Shown here: positions 1 through 9,202 of the stretch, one piece after another
Layout of the letters: each line of letters begins with the position of its first letter
Position numbering within the stretch: the stretch's first letter is position 1
NCBI GenBank assembly: GCA_046328015.1
Contig: JAXLXH010000001.1
Span: 3,374,316-3,438,315, forward strand
Direction: 5' to 3'
Source: Candidatus Sericytochromatia bacterium
GTDB lineage: Bacteria > Cyanobacteriota > Sericytochromatia > UBA7694 > JACMQJ01
DNA length: 64,000 bases
Position numbers and translations under genes: made by a program
Notes under the pieces: generated by a model
What the model was told of the DNA's origin: nothing
Seen by the model: only the letters and a program-made list of their open reading frames with translations
Database searches by the model: none

Positions 1-863
1 TTAATATTAATGTTTTTGAAACTAATAGTTTAAATGATAAAAGAATTACTGATATAGTAAAAGAACCAAAATTAATAGTTTCTTATATAGGAATAGGAAC
101 TAAAAAATTTCCTCTAAAAAATAAAAATGTAAGACAAGCTTTAAATTATTCTATTGATAAATATAAGCTTGTAACCGAAACTTTAAAATATAAAGCTATT
201 CAAGCTACAGGAATTTTACCAGAAAATTTCCCTGGTATATCAAATGATAGAAAAGTACCTTATCAATATAATTTAGATAAAGCTAGAAAAATGTTATATC
301 AAGAAGGTTTTACAGATTTTAATGATGATAAAGTTTTAGAATTTAAAAAGAAACCTATTAAATTTAATTTTGTATATTTTCAAGATGCAGAATCTGAAAG
401 TGTTGCAAATCAGGTAGCAAGTGATTTAAAAAATGCTGGCTTAGATATAAAACTAACTAGAATGACAGATTTTAATAAGTTTTTAACAACTATTGTTTCT
501 GGTGAAGCTGATTTTTATCATTTTAAAGCTAACTCTAAATATGCAGACCCAGATAAATTTTTAACACCTCTTTTTGATTCTAAGTATATTGGAACTACAA
601 ATTTATCTGCTTTTAATAATCCTAAAGTTGATAATATGTTAGCTAAGGCTAGAAATATTTATGAAGATGAATTTAGATATAAATTTTACTCGGAAATAGA
701 AAGAAATATTGTAGATGAAGCACCTTGGTTATTTTTATATCAACCAGTTAAGTATTTAAAAGTATCACCTAATGTTATGGGTGTTCAAATTCATCCTATT
801 ATGCAAAATACTACAAAACATGCATTTTATGGAAAAGAAAAAGTTTTAACTTTAAAAAAATAG
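1..863 (+). CDS. ABC transporter substrate-binding protein, family 5 (peptide/nickel type), C-terminal part; the 5' end lies upstream of the window
   Basis: Frame 3 is open from position 3 to the stop at 861-863. The translation (…NVRQALNYSIDKYK…GILPENFPG…) is typical of SBP_bac_5 oligopeptide-binding proteins. The ORF-track M at 291 is internal. Confidence 0.8.
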   Translation, partial: NINVFETNSLNDKRITDIVKEPKLIVSYIGIGTKKFPLKNKNVRQALNYSIDKYKLVTETLKYKAIQATGILPENFPGISNDRKVPYQYNLDKARKMLYQEGFTDFNDDKVLEFKKKPIKFNFVYFQDAESESVANQVASDLKNAGLDIKLTRMTDFNKFLTTIVSGEADFYHFKANSKYADPDKFLTPLFDSKYIGTTNLSAFNNPKVDNMLAKARNIYEDEFRYKFYSEIERNIVDEAPWLFLYQPVKYLKVSPNVMGVQIHPIMQNTTKHAFYGKEKVLTLKK

Positions 864-871
864 AGTTTATT

Positions 872-1714
872 TTGAAAATAAGTTTAATTGGTACTGGACT
901 AATTGGAAAACCTTTGGCAAATAGGTTATTTGAATGCGGTTACAATGTTTGTGTTTATAATAGAACCAAAGAAAAAACTCTTGAACTAGAGCAAGTAGGA
1001 ATAAAAGTTTCAAATTCTTTAGAAGAACTTTTTGATTTTTCAGATATTATTTTACTTACTTTAACAGATTATAATTCTATAAAAGATGTTTTTTCAAATT
1101 ATTCATTTTCTACAAAAAAAGATGTTATTCAAATGGGAACTATATCTACACAACAAAATATAGAACTAGAAAAATATTTTAATGCTATAAACTGTAATTA
1201 TATGGAAGCACCAATTTTAGGTAGTAAAAATGAATCTAGGACAGGAACTTTACTAATATTTTTTGGAGGTTCTACAAATAACTTTTTAAAACATGAAAAA
1301 CTATTAAAAGATATGGCTAAAAAAGTTTATTATATAGGTGAAGTAGGAAGTGCTTCTACCATAAAACTAGCTTTAAATAATATGATTGCAGGAATGTTTT
1401 CTACTTTTTCTACTAGCTTAAAAATGGTAAAAAATTCTAACTTAAATACAGATATTTTTATGGAAATACTAAGAGAAAGCTCTTTATATGCTCCTACTTT
1501 TGATAAAAAAATTAAAAATATTTTGACTAAAGATTATTCTAATCCTAATTTCCCTTTAAAACATTTACTCAAAGATGTTGAGTTAATAAAAGAAACTTCA
1601 AATAATTTGTCTATTAATACTGGTATAATTAATAGTATAATAGGTTTAATTTTAACAGGCTTAGAAAATGGTTATGCTGAAGAAGATTATTCTTCTTTAT
1701 ATGAAAGCATATAA
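872..1714 (+). CDS. NAD(P)-dependent dehydrogenase of the 3-hydroxyisobutyrate dehydrogenase / 6PGDH NAD-binding family
   Basis: The N-terminal Rossmann motif ISLIGTGLIGKPLANRL matches this family and the length (280 aa) fits HIBADH/Gar-reductase enzymes. The start codon is TTG at 872. Confidence 0.75.
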   Translation: MKISLIGTGLIGKPLANRLFECGYNVCVYNRTKEKTLELEQVGIKVSNSLEELFDFSDIILLTLTDYNSIKDVFSNYSFSTKKDVIQMGTISTQQNIELEKYFNAINCNYMEAPILGSKNESRTGTLLIFFGGSTNNFLKHEKLLKDMAKKVYYIGEVGSASTIKLALNNMIAGMFSTFSTSLKMVKNSNLNTDIFMEILRESSLYAPTFDKKIKNILTKDYSNPNFPLKHLLKDVELIKETSNNLSINTGIINSIIGLILTGLENGYAEEDYSSLYESI

Positions 1715-1815
1715 TACTTTGGTGTAAACTATAATGTAAACATCACAGAATATTATTGAATTATAAGTTATGTTTATATATCATCAATAGTTTTTTAACT
1801 ATTGAGGAGGTTATT

Positions 1816-3093
1816 TTGAAAAAGACTCTTAAAGGGAATAGGAATATTTTATCGCTTTTAAGTATAGCGTTTATTTTGTCTTGTAATTCAAACACTACTA
1901 ATAATACTACACAACCTACTAAAGATAACTCATCTGATATAGTTTTGAAAAATACCATAAGTACCAATAAAGAAACTATAAAAGAAGAAGAAAAAAATAT
2001 TATTGATGTTATAAATAGTAATAATGAGCTATTCTCACAAAATACTGATACTGATGTTGAAATAAATGATGCAACAGTTTTAAATAATGGTGGTGTAGTT
2101 TTTGCAACAGTTTTAAATAATGGTGGTGTAGTTTTTGTAACAGGAGATACTTCTTCTACTTTCTCTACTAAGGCTGTTTTACCTCCTTTAGCCAATTCAA
2201 TAAAAGAAAATATTATAAATAATAAAGAAGAAAAAGAAGATAATAAAGATTCTAAAGAAGATAAGCCTAAAAATACTATTTTAGATAATATAAAAAATAG
2301 AGTAGAAAATAGAATAGAACAAAAAATTGAAAATAAAGTTAATCAAATAAAAAATAAAAAAGTAGTTCCTTTACCAGAAAAACTCATTAGAAAAGTAGTT
2401 GGAACTCCTAAAAGAGATGTTAAAGTTAATTTTAATAAAGATAATACAGTTGCAGAGGTAATAGTAACGATTACCATAACTAGAGAGGTATTTAAAGCTG
2501 GAGAAAATACACCTATAAAACAAGTATCCGAATCAAATGTAACCAAATCTATATTTATAAAAGAAGGAAAAACATGGAAAATACAAAAAGTAGGGCCGGC
2601 TAAAAATACTTCTTCTGATGCTGAAAATATTAAATTATTAGATGATAACATTTTAGAAATACAAGAAGTTAAGTTAGTTATATATACAAAAGATTCTAAT
2701 AATAATTTTAGTAATAAAGAAATAAATGTAAACTTACATGATTTACAAGATACTAAAAACTTCTTAAATATAGATAAAGAATCTTTAGTGACTATGCAGG
2801 TTAAAGCAATAAATAAGAAAGATCCTGAAGCCGCACTTAATGTTTTTGCAACTTTTGGTGGAAAAGATAAAATAAACTTATATGATGACGGAAGTCAAGA
2901 TAATTTACAAAATAACCCTAATTATAAAAGTGGTGATAATACCAAAAATGATGATATTTATACGGCAAATATGTTAGTAAAAAATAAACCATCATTGTAT
3001 TATCTTAAAATAACAGCTATTGATGGTAATTCTTTTAACAAAGATTCAAACTACTTATCTGTAACAAAATCTATACCAATAAATATCAAATAG
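1816..3093 (+). CDS. Lipoprotein of unknown function, Asn/Lys-rich, with an internal perfect tandem duplication
   Basis: A GAGGAGG RBS at 1804-1810 is followed by an in-frame TTG at 1816. The leader KKTLKGNRNILSLLSIAFILSC carries a lipobox. The long open frame matches the ORF track, and the ATG at 1756 has no RBS. Confidence 0.6.
   Translation: MKKTLKGNRNILSLLSIAFILSCNSNTTNNTTQPTKDNSSDIVLKNTISTNKETIKEEEKNIIDVINSNNELFSQNTDTDVEINDATVLNNGGVVFATVLNNGGVVFVTGDTSSTFSTKAVLPPLANSIKENIINNKEEKEDNKDSKEDKPKNTILDNIKNRVENRIEQKIENKVNQIKNKKVVPLPEKLIRKVVGTPKRDVKVNFNKDNTVAEVIVTITITREVFKAGENTPIKQVSESNVTKSIFIKEGKTWKIQKVGPAKNTSSDAENIKLLDDNILEIQEVKLVIYTKDSNNNFSNKEINVNLHDLQDTKNFLNIDKESLVTMQVKAINKKDPEAALNVFATFGGKDKINLYDDGSQDNLQNNPNYKSGDNTKNDDIYTANMLVKNKPSLYYLKITAIDGNSFNKDSNYLSVTKSIPINIK
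2071..2136 (+). repeat. Perfect 33-bp tandem duplication (x2) inside the lipoprotein gene, encoding ATVLNNGGVVF twice
   Basis: gcaacagttttaaataatggtggtgtagttttt occurs twice back to back. Confidence 0.9.
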
Positions 3094-3103
3094 AGGAGGA
3101 AAT

Positions 3104-3715
3104 ATGAAATCTATAAAAAACTTTTTACTTGCCAGTGTTTTTGCTATTATTGCTCCTTTAAGTGTTGCTTATGCCAATACTAATCCTATAGATCCAAATG
3201 ATATTATTAGTAAAGAACTTGAAGCTCAATATTTTGAAAAATATTTGGGTTATATAGAAGTTGGAACTACAACTAAGACAGAATTAGAGGAATATATAGG
3301 TGAAGGCATTCCAACCAAAACATCTTCTGGTGAAAAAGTTTATTATATTGATACTAAAAATAAAAGAACTCTTATTATAGACACAGATTTTAAAGGTAGA
3401 ATAGAAGTTGCTCATTATAAAGCGTTTGTTGAACTTCCACCTAATGTAAAAAAATTAGATGATATAAAATTATCTAAAAAGTTAAATATCAAAAATTTTA
3501 TGACTTCTATGGGTAGCAGAATTGGCTATAATACTACAATGATTATGAATGCTTATGGAAGACCTTCTGTTGAGTTAATTAATAAAGATGAAAAAGAACT
3601 TAAGTATATTATGATAGGTAGTAATCATAAAGATCAAAACTTTGTTTATCTTGAATATGCATTCAGATTGAAAAAAAATAAAGTACAAGAAATTAGAATA
3701 GAAAATGGAAAATAG
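3104..3715 (+). CDS. Secreted hypothetical protein
   Basis: A GAGGAGG RBS precedes the start and the signal peptide is MKSIKNFLLASVFAIIAPLSVAYA. I recognise no conserved domain. Confidence 0.55.
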   Translation: MKSIKNFLLASVFAIIAPLSVAYANTNPIDPNDIISKELEAQYFEKYLGYIEVGTTTKTELEEYIGEGIPTKTSSGEKVYYIDTKNKRTLIIDTDFKGRIEVAHYKAFVELPPNVKKLDDIKLSKKLNIKNFMTSMGSRIGYNTTMIMNAYGRPSVELINKDEKELKYIMIGSNHKDQNFVYLEYAFRLKKNKVQEIRIENGK

Positions 3716-4493
3716 TACAATATTTTTTGATTCTCATGCTCATATAAACTTACCTCATTATGATAATGATAGAAATGAAGTAATAGAAAAAATTTTTTCT
3801 TTAGGTGTAGAAAAAATATTAATTCCAGCTGTTGATAAAGAAACTATAGAAAGCTCTTTAGCTTTATCAGAAAAATACCCTAATAATATTTTTTCTTCTG
3901 TAGGTTATCATCCACAAGATGCTATCAAATGGGAAGAAAATAGTTTAGATTTTTTAAAAAGTTATGCAAAAAATAATAATGCTGTAAAAGCTATTGGAGA
4001 AATAGGATTAGATTATTATTGGGATACAACTCCTAAAGAAAAACAACATGAAGTTTTTAAAATACAAATAGAATTAGCTAAAGAATTAAATTTACCCCTA
4101 ATAATACATACTAGAGATTCTTTAGAAGATACTATAGAATTATTAGAAGAAAATGAAGCAAATAAAGTTGGTGGGGTTTTTCATTGTTTTTCTGGTGATT
4201 TAGCTTTTGCAGAAAGATGCCTTAGATTAGGTTTTTATATATCTTTTGCGGGAAATATTACTTTTAAAAATGCAAATAATTTAAGAGAAGTAGCAAAAAA
4301 TATTCCTTTAGATAAAATTTTAATTGAAACTGATTCTCCATATCTTACTCCTATGCCAGATAGAGGTAAAAGAAATGATCCTTCTTATGTTATAAAAGTA
4401 GCTAATCAAATTGCAGAACTAAAAGGTTTAACAGTTGAAGAAGTAGCAAAACAAACTTTTATAAATGCTGAAAAATTATTTAAAATTAGTTAA
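3705..4493 (+). CDS. TatD family metal-dependent hydrolase (DNase)
   Basis: The FFDSHAHIN start, the internal HTRDS and the 262-aa length match the TatD/YcfH family. The start overlaps the upstream gene by 11 nt. Confidence 0.85.
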   Translation: MENSTIFFDSHAHINLPHYDNDRNEVIEKIFSLGVEKILIPAVDKETIESSLALSEKYPNNIFSSVGYHPQDAIKWEENSLDFLKSYAKNNNAVKAIGEIGLDYYWDTTPKEKQHEVFKIQIELAKELNLPLIIHTRDSLEDTIELLEENEANKVGGVFHCFSGDLAFAERCLRLGFYISFAGNITFKNANNLREVAKNIPLDKILIETDSPYLTPMPDRGKRNDPSYVIKVANQIAELKGLTVEEVAKQTFINAEKLFKIS

Positions 4494-4516
4494 TTAAAAC
4501 TTAGATAAATTTGTCA

Positions 4517-4566
4517 AAAAAATAGCTTAGTTTCTAAATAAATTTCACTAACTAAGCTATTTTTAA
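4517..4566. terminator. Bidirectional intrinsic terminator between convergent genes
   Basis: The inverted repeat AAAAATAGCTTAGTT…AACTAAGCTATTTTT is flanked by A and T runs on both sides. Confidence 0.6.
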
Positions 4567-4581
4567 TATTTTAAATAGAAA

Positions 4582-5874
4582 TTAGTTTGATAATGCTTTA
4601 AACATATCAACTCTACCATAACCAAATTTATCATCATATTTCTTTTTAGCTAAATTAACAGCTGTTGTTTCTAATTTTTCTCTTATTTTTGAAGGTGATA
4701 AGCTTGGGTTATTAGATTTAATTAAAGCAGCTAAACCAGCAACAACAGGAGAAGCCATAGAAGTACCACTTAAAATACCATAATTTTTACCAGTTTTTGC
4801 AGTTAACTCAACTTCATAAGTTGGCATAGTAGAAAATATTTTGTCACCAGGTGCAGATACTGATACTTGTTGAGCAAAGTTAGAAAATGGAGCAAACTTA
4901 TCATCTTTAGTAGTAGCAGATACTTCAATAACACCTTTAATCATAGAAGGCATGTGCATTTTAGAGCTTTTAGATTCGTTTCCAGCAGAAGATACTACTG
5001 TAACACCTTTACTTAAGGCATATTTAACAGCTTTTTCTAAAGCGGTACTTTTGGTATAAAGACCAATACTAATATTTATTACATTAGCACCATTATTTGC
5101 AGCCCATACAATACCTTCAGCAATATCTATATCAGATCCTTTACCGTATTTTAAAGCTTTTACAGGTATTATTGAACACTTAGGAGCAATTCCAGCAACA
5201 CCTATATCATTATTAGCTGTTGCAGCAGCTATACCTGCTACATGTGTGCCATGACCATTATCATCATAAGGTTTTAATTCTGGATTTACTATATTTTTCC
5301 CTTTTAAAATTCTATCTTTTAAATCAGGATGATTTAAATCTATTCCTGTATCAACAATAGCTATTTTTACATTTTTATCACCCATACTAATATCCCATGC
5401 TTTATCTGCATTAAGAGTATCTAGGTGATATTGTTTATTTATTAAAGGATCATTTGCTTTATCTGCACTAATTTTTTCTAAAACAACCATATTAATAGGC
5501 TCATAAGAATCTACTGTGCTTTCTGCTTTCATGCTTCCTGCTAGTTGATTATTTTCATCTGTTTCGCTTTTTTCTACTACAGCTACACCAATTTCAGGTA
5601 TAACTTTTTTAAATTTGGTTTTATATTTTTCTTCAAGCTTTTGTAAAAAGGTTGAATCGTTTAGTTTAGATTTAAAAAACAATGAAAATCTTTTTTTAGA
5701 AACACCCATAGCATTATATTCTTTTCCAGCACTTTGTATTTCACTTTGAGAAAAAGCTGGTATTTCAGTATCTAATTGTTCTTCAGTGTTAGATATTATT
5801 TCGCCTCGATTACAAGAAGTTATTGAAAATACTACTAATGTTGATAATAATGTTGCTTTTAATAAATTTTTCAT
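4582..5874 (-). CDS. Subtilisin-like serine protease (peptidase S8) lipoprotein
   Basis: The catalytic-triad motifs DTGIDLNHPDL, HGTHVAGIAAA and GTSMASPVVAG are present, and the leader ends in the lipobox ITSCN. Confidence 0.85.
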   Translation of the reverse strand: MKNLLKATLLSTLVVFSITSCNRGEIISNTEEQLDTEIPAFSQSEIQSAGKEYNAMGVSKKRFSLFFKSKLNDSTFLQKLEEKYKTKFKKVIPEIGVAVVEKSETDENNQLAGSMKAESTVDSYEPINMVVLEKISADKANDPLINKQYHLDTLNADKAWDISMGDKNVKIAIVDTGIDLNHPDLKDRILKGKNIVNPELKPYDDNGHGTHVAGIAAATANNDIGVAGIAPKCSIIPVKALKYGKGSDIDIAEGIVWAANNGANVINISIGLYTKSTALEKAVKYALSKGVTVVSSAGNESKSSKMHMPSMIKGVIEVSATTKDDKFAPFSNFAQQVSVSAPGDKIFSTMPTYEVELTAKTGKNYGILSGTSMASPVVAGLAALIKSNNPSLSPSKIREKLETTAVNLAKKKYDDKFGYGRVDMFKALSN

Positions 5875-5971
5875 TATTTGAATAACACCTAAAATATATA
5901 TTTTATTATATTATAGCATTAAAGAAGCAAAAACTTGTTTATTTTTTAAACTTTATTTAATCAAAAAATAA

Positions 5972-7252
5972 TTAGGTATTTAACCAATCAAAATCAATAG
6001 TTTTATTATTATCAGTTTTTATCATTTTTAAATCAATATTTATTCTATCGGGTAATTTTATTCTTGTAGTATTATTTTTATTTGTTTCAAAATAATTAGA
6101 AAAAAAGTTAGATAAATACTCTTTAGAACTTTCTTTTATATAACCATTTTTGTATTCATTTTCATCTAAAAAACTATCTATTTCTATTAAAAAAATTTTA
6201 CCAAAACATAAGGTTTTATCTACAGAAAAAGCAGTAAAAGAACCAAAAAAGAAATTATTATTTTGTTCGGAAATAAGAGGTTTGTTTAAAACCTGATGTA
6301 AAAAACTTTTTTCATTAATTAAATTTGCATTTATAAATAAAAAATTATCATCTATCTTTATTTCTCCATAATATTTAAAATTTGAATTTAAGATTTTTAT
6401 TTTTAATTCATTATCAGAATTTATATATATTTTTTGAATACTTTGAGAAATTTTATCTTCTCCACTAGTAGCAAAATTATAACTATAATAACAACCTAAA
6501 AAAGCTTTAGATTTTACATAAATAGGATTTGATAATAAAGTAGAATGACTATTAATAAATTTTTCTTCAAATATTTCAACTAATTTGGAAAAATCTAATA
6601 AAGTTTTTTCTTTTACAAGTAAAAAACTATCATATTTTTTTAAGAATACTTCTAATTCTTCTATAAAAATATAGTAAAATCGTTTTTCTTTTTTTAATAC
6701 ATTTATTAGTTTATTAAAATTTTTTAGAATTTCTTTAAAATAAATTTCATTGTTATAAGAAATAAGTGTTTTTATAAAATTAAGTATATTTTTAGGTTTT
6801 TTAGTGTCTTTTATATAGCTTTTTATTTCTATATCAGGAATATAAAAGCGATAAGCAGAATCTTCATTATATTGCGTTTTTCTTTTTGTTAAAATAATTT
6901 CTTGTTTTTTTTCTTCTGAAAAACCTAGCAAAGGAGCTATTTCATTTCTTATATTATGAATTGCTTTTTGTAGTTGTTTTTTTAATGGAACTTGAGAAGT
7001 AGTGTTTTTAAAAACTTCTATTAAGTCTTCAGAATTAACCGAATTGTTTTCGATCATAGCAAAAAGTAATTTAAAAAGAATTACTTTTTCTGCTCCATTT
7101 ATATCAAGGAATTTATTATTTATAAGAATATCTACTTCATTGTTATCTTTTATAGTTTCTATTGTTATATGTTGTTCTGAATTTTCATCAGCTAAAAGAA
7201 TATATATGTTTTGAATATTATTCATTTTTATTTTTACCTTATATATTATCAA
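5972..7252 (-). CDS. Hypothetical cytoplasmic protein
   Basis: This is a long ORF with typical coding composition. I recognise no domain. Confidence 0.5.
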   Translation of the reverse strand: MIIYKVKIKMNNIQNIYILLADENSEQHITIETIKDNNEVDILINNKFLDINGAEKVILFKLLFAMIENNSVNSEDLIEVFKNTTSQVPLKKQLQKAIHNIRNEIAPLLGFSEEKKQEIILTKRKTQYNEDSAYRFYIPDIEIKSYIKDTKKPKNILNFIKTLISYNNEIYFKEILKNFNKLINVLKKEKRFYYIFIEELEVFLKKYDSFLLVKEKTLLDFSKLVEIFEEKFINSHSTLLSNPIYVKSKAFLGCYYSYNFATSGEDKISQSIQKIYINSDNELKIKILNSNFKYYGEIKIDDNFLFINANLINEKSFLHQVLNKPLISEQNNNFFFGSFTAFSVDKTLCFGKIFLIEIDSFLDENEYKNGYIKESSKEYLSNFFSNYFETNKNNTTRIKLPDRINIDLKMIKTDNNKTIDFDWLNT

Positions 7253-7293
7253 GAGTTAATTATATATTATTTTCTAAGCTTATTTATTTTTAT

Positions 7294-7398
7294 TAGAGAA
7301 TACCTCAGAGCTCTGCTCTGGGGTTTCAGGGGGTACGGGGGCAGAGCCCCCGCTCCCTTCCTCCTACGGGGTATCAACCACGCAGGAGGTCTTAAATT
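7294..7398 (-). promoter_or_regulatory. GC-rich conserved 5' element, copy A. It carries the bipartite motif CCGTACCCCCTGAAAC-N12-CTCTGAG-N3-TTCTCTA and three local hairpins
   Basis: The segment is a GC island in AT-rich DNA. Read on the minus strand it begins AATTTAAGAC and ends CTCTGAGgtaTTCTCTA, ending 42 nt upstream of the start of gene 5972..7252. It is homologous to 46130..46199. Confidence 0.4.
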
Positions 7399-7680
7399 TA
7401 TTTATAAAAATATTAGAATAATTTTTGAACTTAAAATAATAATTTTTGAATTTTAATTATATCGATAAAATCCTTTATTTTAAATAATATTAACCTTAAA
7501 AATATTTTTTATAAAAATAAAAAAATAAAAGTTAAAGTAGTTTTTAGAACTAAAAATAATTTTTATTGCTTAATTTAGAAGTATTAAAAAATTATCATAT
7601 CTAAAACATTTTCATAGATTTCTCTTAACCTAAAAAATTCATAATGAAATTATAAGATTATTTTTAAGTGAGGATTTTTT

Positions 7681-8205
7681 ATGGAAGCTTTATTATTACT
7701 TTCTTTCCTGGTAATACCATTTTTTGCTATTTTTTTTATAGCTAAATTATTTAAATCAAAAATAATTTTTTATTTTGGAATTTTAGCTTATATAGGAATA
7801 CTTTTTTTACTTATAGATAGAAGTTTTACATCTAGTGATGGTGGAAGGAGTAAAATAGCTAGTGTAAAAAGTAATATGCACACTTTTCAAACCATTGTTG
7901 AAACTTATTCTGTTGATTATTCAGGTGTATATGCTAAAAATGTTGAAGATTTGAATAAAGCTGCTACAACTGCTTCAAATCCATATTGGAAAGATTTTAT
8001 AAATCCATTTACAGGACAAACAGGACAAGGTAAATCTTTTGACAATATTTCAAATATAGCCTATGGAAAATGTATAACAGGAGCTGTTTATTATGATCCT
8101 ATTATTACAAAACCAATAACTAAATATTTTCTTTATGGTTGTGATAAAAATGGAAGTTTTATTAAAGATGCTGGTGGTAATTCATTAACATTATCTAATA
8201 ATTAG
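7681..8205 (+). CDS. Membrane-anchored pilin/pseudopilin-like protein, paralog 1 of 3
   Basis: It shares the core ASVKSNMHTFQTIVETYSVDY-G-YAKNVEDL…YWKDF…TG.TG.G.S.DN…GGN.LTLSNN with the next two genes. The core resembles the alpha1C-to-loop region of GspG and type IV pilins. The N-terminus has two TM helices and no prepilin (G/FTLIE) site. Confidence 0.5.
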   Translation: MEALLLLSFLVIPFFAIFFIAKLFKSKIIFYFGILAYIGILFLLIDRSFTSSDGGRSKIASVKSNMHTFQTIVETYSVDYSGVYAKNVEDLNKAATTASNPYWKDFINPFTGQTGQGKSFDNISNIAYGKCITGAVYYDPIITKPITKYFLYGCDKNGSFIKDAGGNSLTLSNN

Positions 8206-8214
8206 GAGTTAAAA

Positions 8215-8685
8215 ATGAAAAAAGTAATTTTAATAGTATTATTCAGTATTTTTTTACTAAATAAAAGTGTTTTTGCTACTCAACAGAGAGCTAAAGTTGC
8301 AAGTGTAAAAAGTAATATGCATACTTTTCAAACTATTGTTGAAACTTATTCTGTTGATTATGAAGGTTTATATCCCAAAAATGTAGAGGATTTAAAAAAA
8401 GCGGCGGAAAAGTCTCCAAATAAATATTGGAAAGACTTTAAAAGTCCTTTTACAGGAAAAACTGGAAAAGGACAATCTTATGATAATTTTGATAAAACTA
8501 TACTTTTAAATGACGATAGTTGGTATAGTTACTTTTTTCCTAAAAAATATCCTGCTGGAATGGTTTATTATGACCCTGTTATAGATGGTAAAAATATTAC
8601 TAAGTACTATATTTATGGAAGTGAAAAAAATGGAAAATTAATAAAAGATACTGGTGGAAACCCATTAACATTATCTAATAACTAA
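8215..8685 (+). CDS. Secreted pilin/pseudopilin-like protein, paralog 2
   Basis: A GGAG RBS precedes the start and the signal peptide is MKKVILIVLFSIFLLNKSVFA. The paralogous core KVASVKSNMHTFQTIVETYSVDYEGLYPKNVEDL is present. Confidence 0.55.
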   Translation: MKKVILIVLFSIFLLNKSVFATQQRAKVASVKSNMHTFQTIVETYSVDYEGLYPKNVEDLKKAAEKSPNKYWKDFKSPFTGKTGKGQSYDNFDKTILLNDDSWYSYFFPKKYPAGMVYYDPVIDGKNITKYYIYGSEKNGKLIKDTGGNPLTLSNN

Positions 8686-8699
8686 AAGGAGTATTTTAT

Positions 8700-9176
8700 A
8701 TGAAAATTTTACTTTATATTTTTTTAGGTTTATTTTTTGTTGGATTAGCTTTACCTAATTTTATTAGTTGTGGAGATAGACCTAAATCAACAAGTGTAAA
8801 AAGTAATATGCACACTTTTCAAACTATTGTTGAAACTTATTCTGTTGATTATCCAGGTTTATATGCTAAAAATGTTGAAAATTTAAATAAAGCTTCTAAA
8901 ACAGCTTCAAATAAATATTGGAAAGACTTTAATAACCCTTATACTGGAAAAACAGGTAAAGGAATATCTTACGATAATTTTGATAAAAATATTATTTTAG
9001 ATGAGCAAGGTTGGTATAACTATTTTTTCCCTAAAAAATATCCTGCTGGAATGGTTTATTATGACCCTGTTATAGATGGTAAAAATATTACTAAGTACTA
9101 TATTTATGGAAGTTATGCTAATGGTAAATTAATTAGAGATTCAAATGGAATGCTATTAACCTTATCTAATAATTAA
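8700..9176 (+). CDS. Pilin/pseudopilin-like putative lipoprotein, paralog 3
   Basis: An AAGGAG RBS precedes the start and the leader ends ISCGD. The core shared with paralog 2 includes the identical stretch KKYPAGMVYYDPVIDGKNITKYYIYGS. Confidence 0.55.
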   Translation: MKILLYIFLGLFFVGLALPNFISCGDRPKSTSVKSNMHTFQTIVETYSVDYPGLYAKNVENLNKASKTASNKYWKDFNNPYTGKTGKGISYDNFDKNIILDEQGWYNYFFPKKYPAGMVYYDPVIDGKNITKYYIYGSYANGKLIRDSNGMLLTLSNN

Positions 9177-9202
9177 AATATAGAAAGCTATAAATTATAA
9201 AC

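Noticed and set aside
1756-1815. ATG at 1756 as the start of the lipoprotein gene
   Set aside because: It has no RBS and encodes a 20-aa extension before the signal peptide. The TTG at 1816 lies 5 nt from a GAGGAGG RBS and gives a canonical lipoprotein leader.
7294-7398. MITE/IS remnant or tRNA explanation for the GC-rich islands
   Set aside because: There are no terminal inverted repeats, no target-site duplication and no transposase fragment. No cloverleaf or TΨC (GTTCRANYC) box is present. The two copies share direct motifs and orientation relative to downstream genes.
7002-7456. ORFs 7002..7214 and 7211..7456 (+)
   Set aside because: The first is antisense to the 5972..7252 gene. The second is read through the GC-rich element A and gives a nonsense low-complexity product with no RBS.
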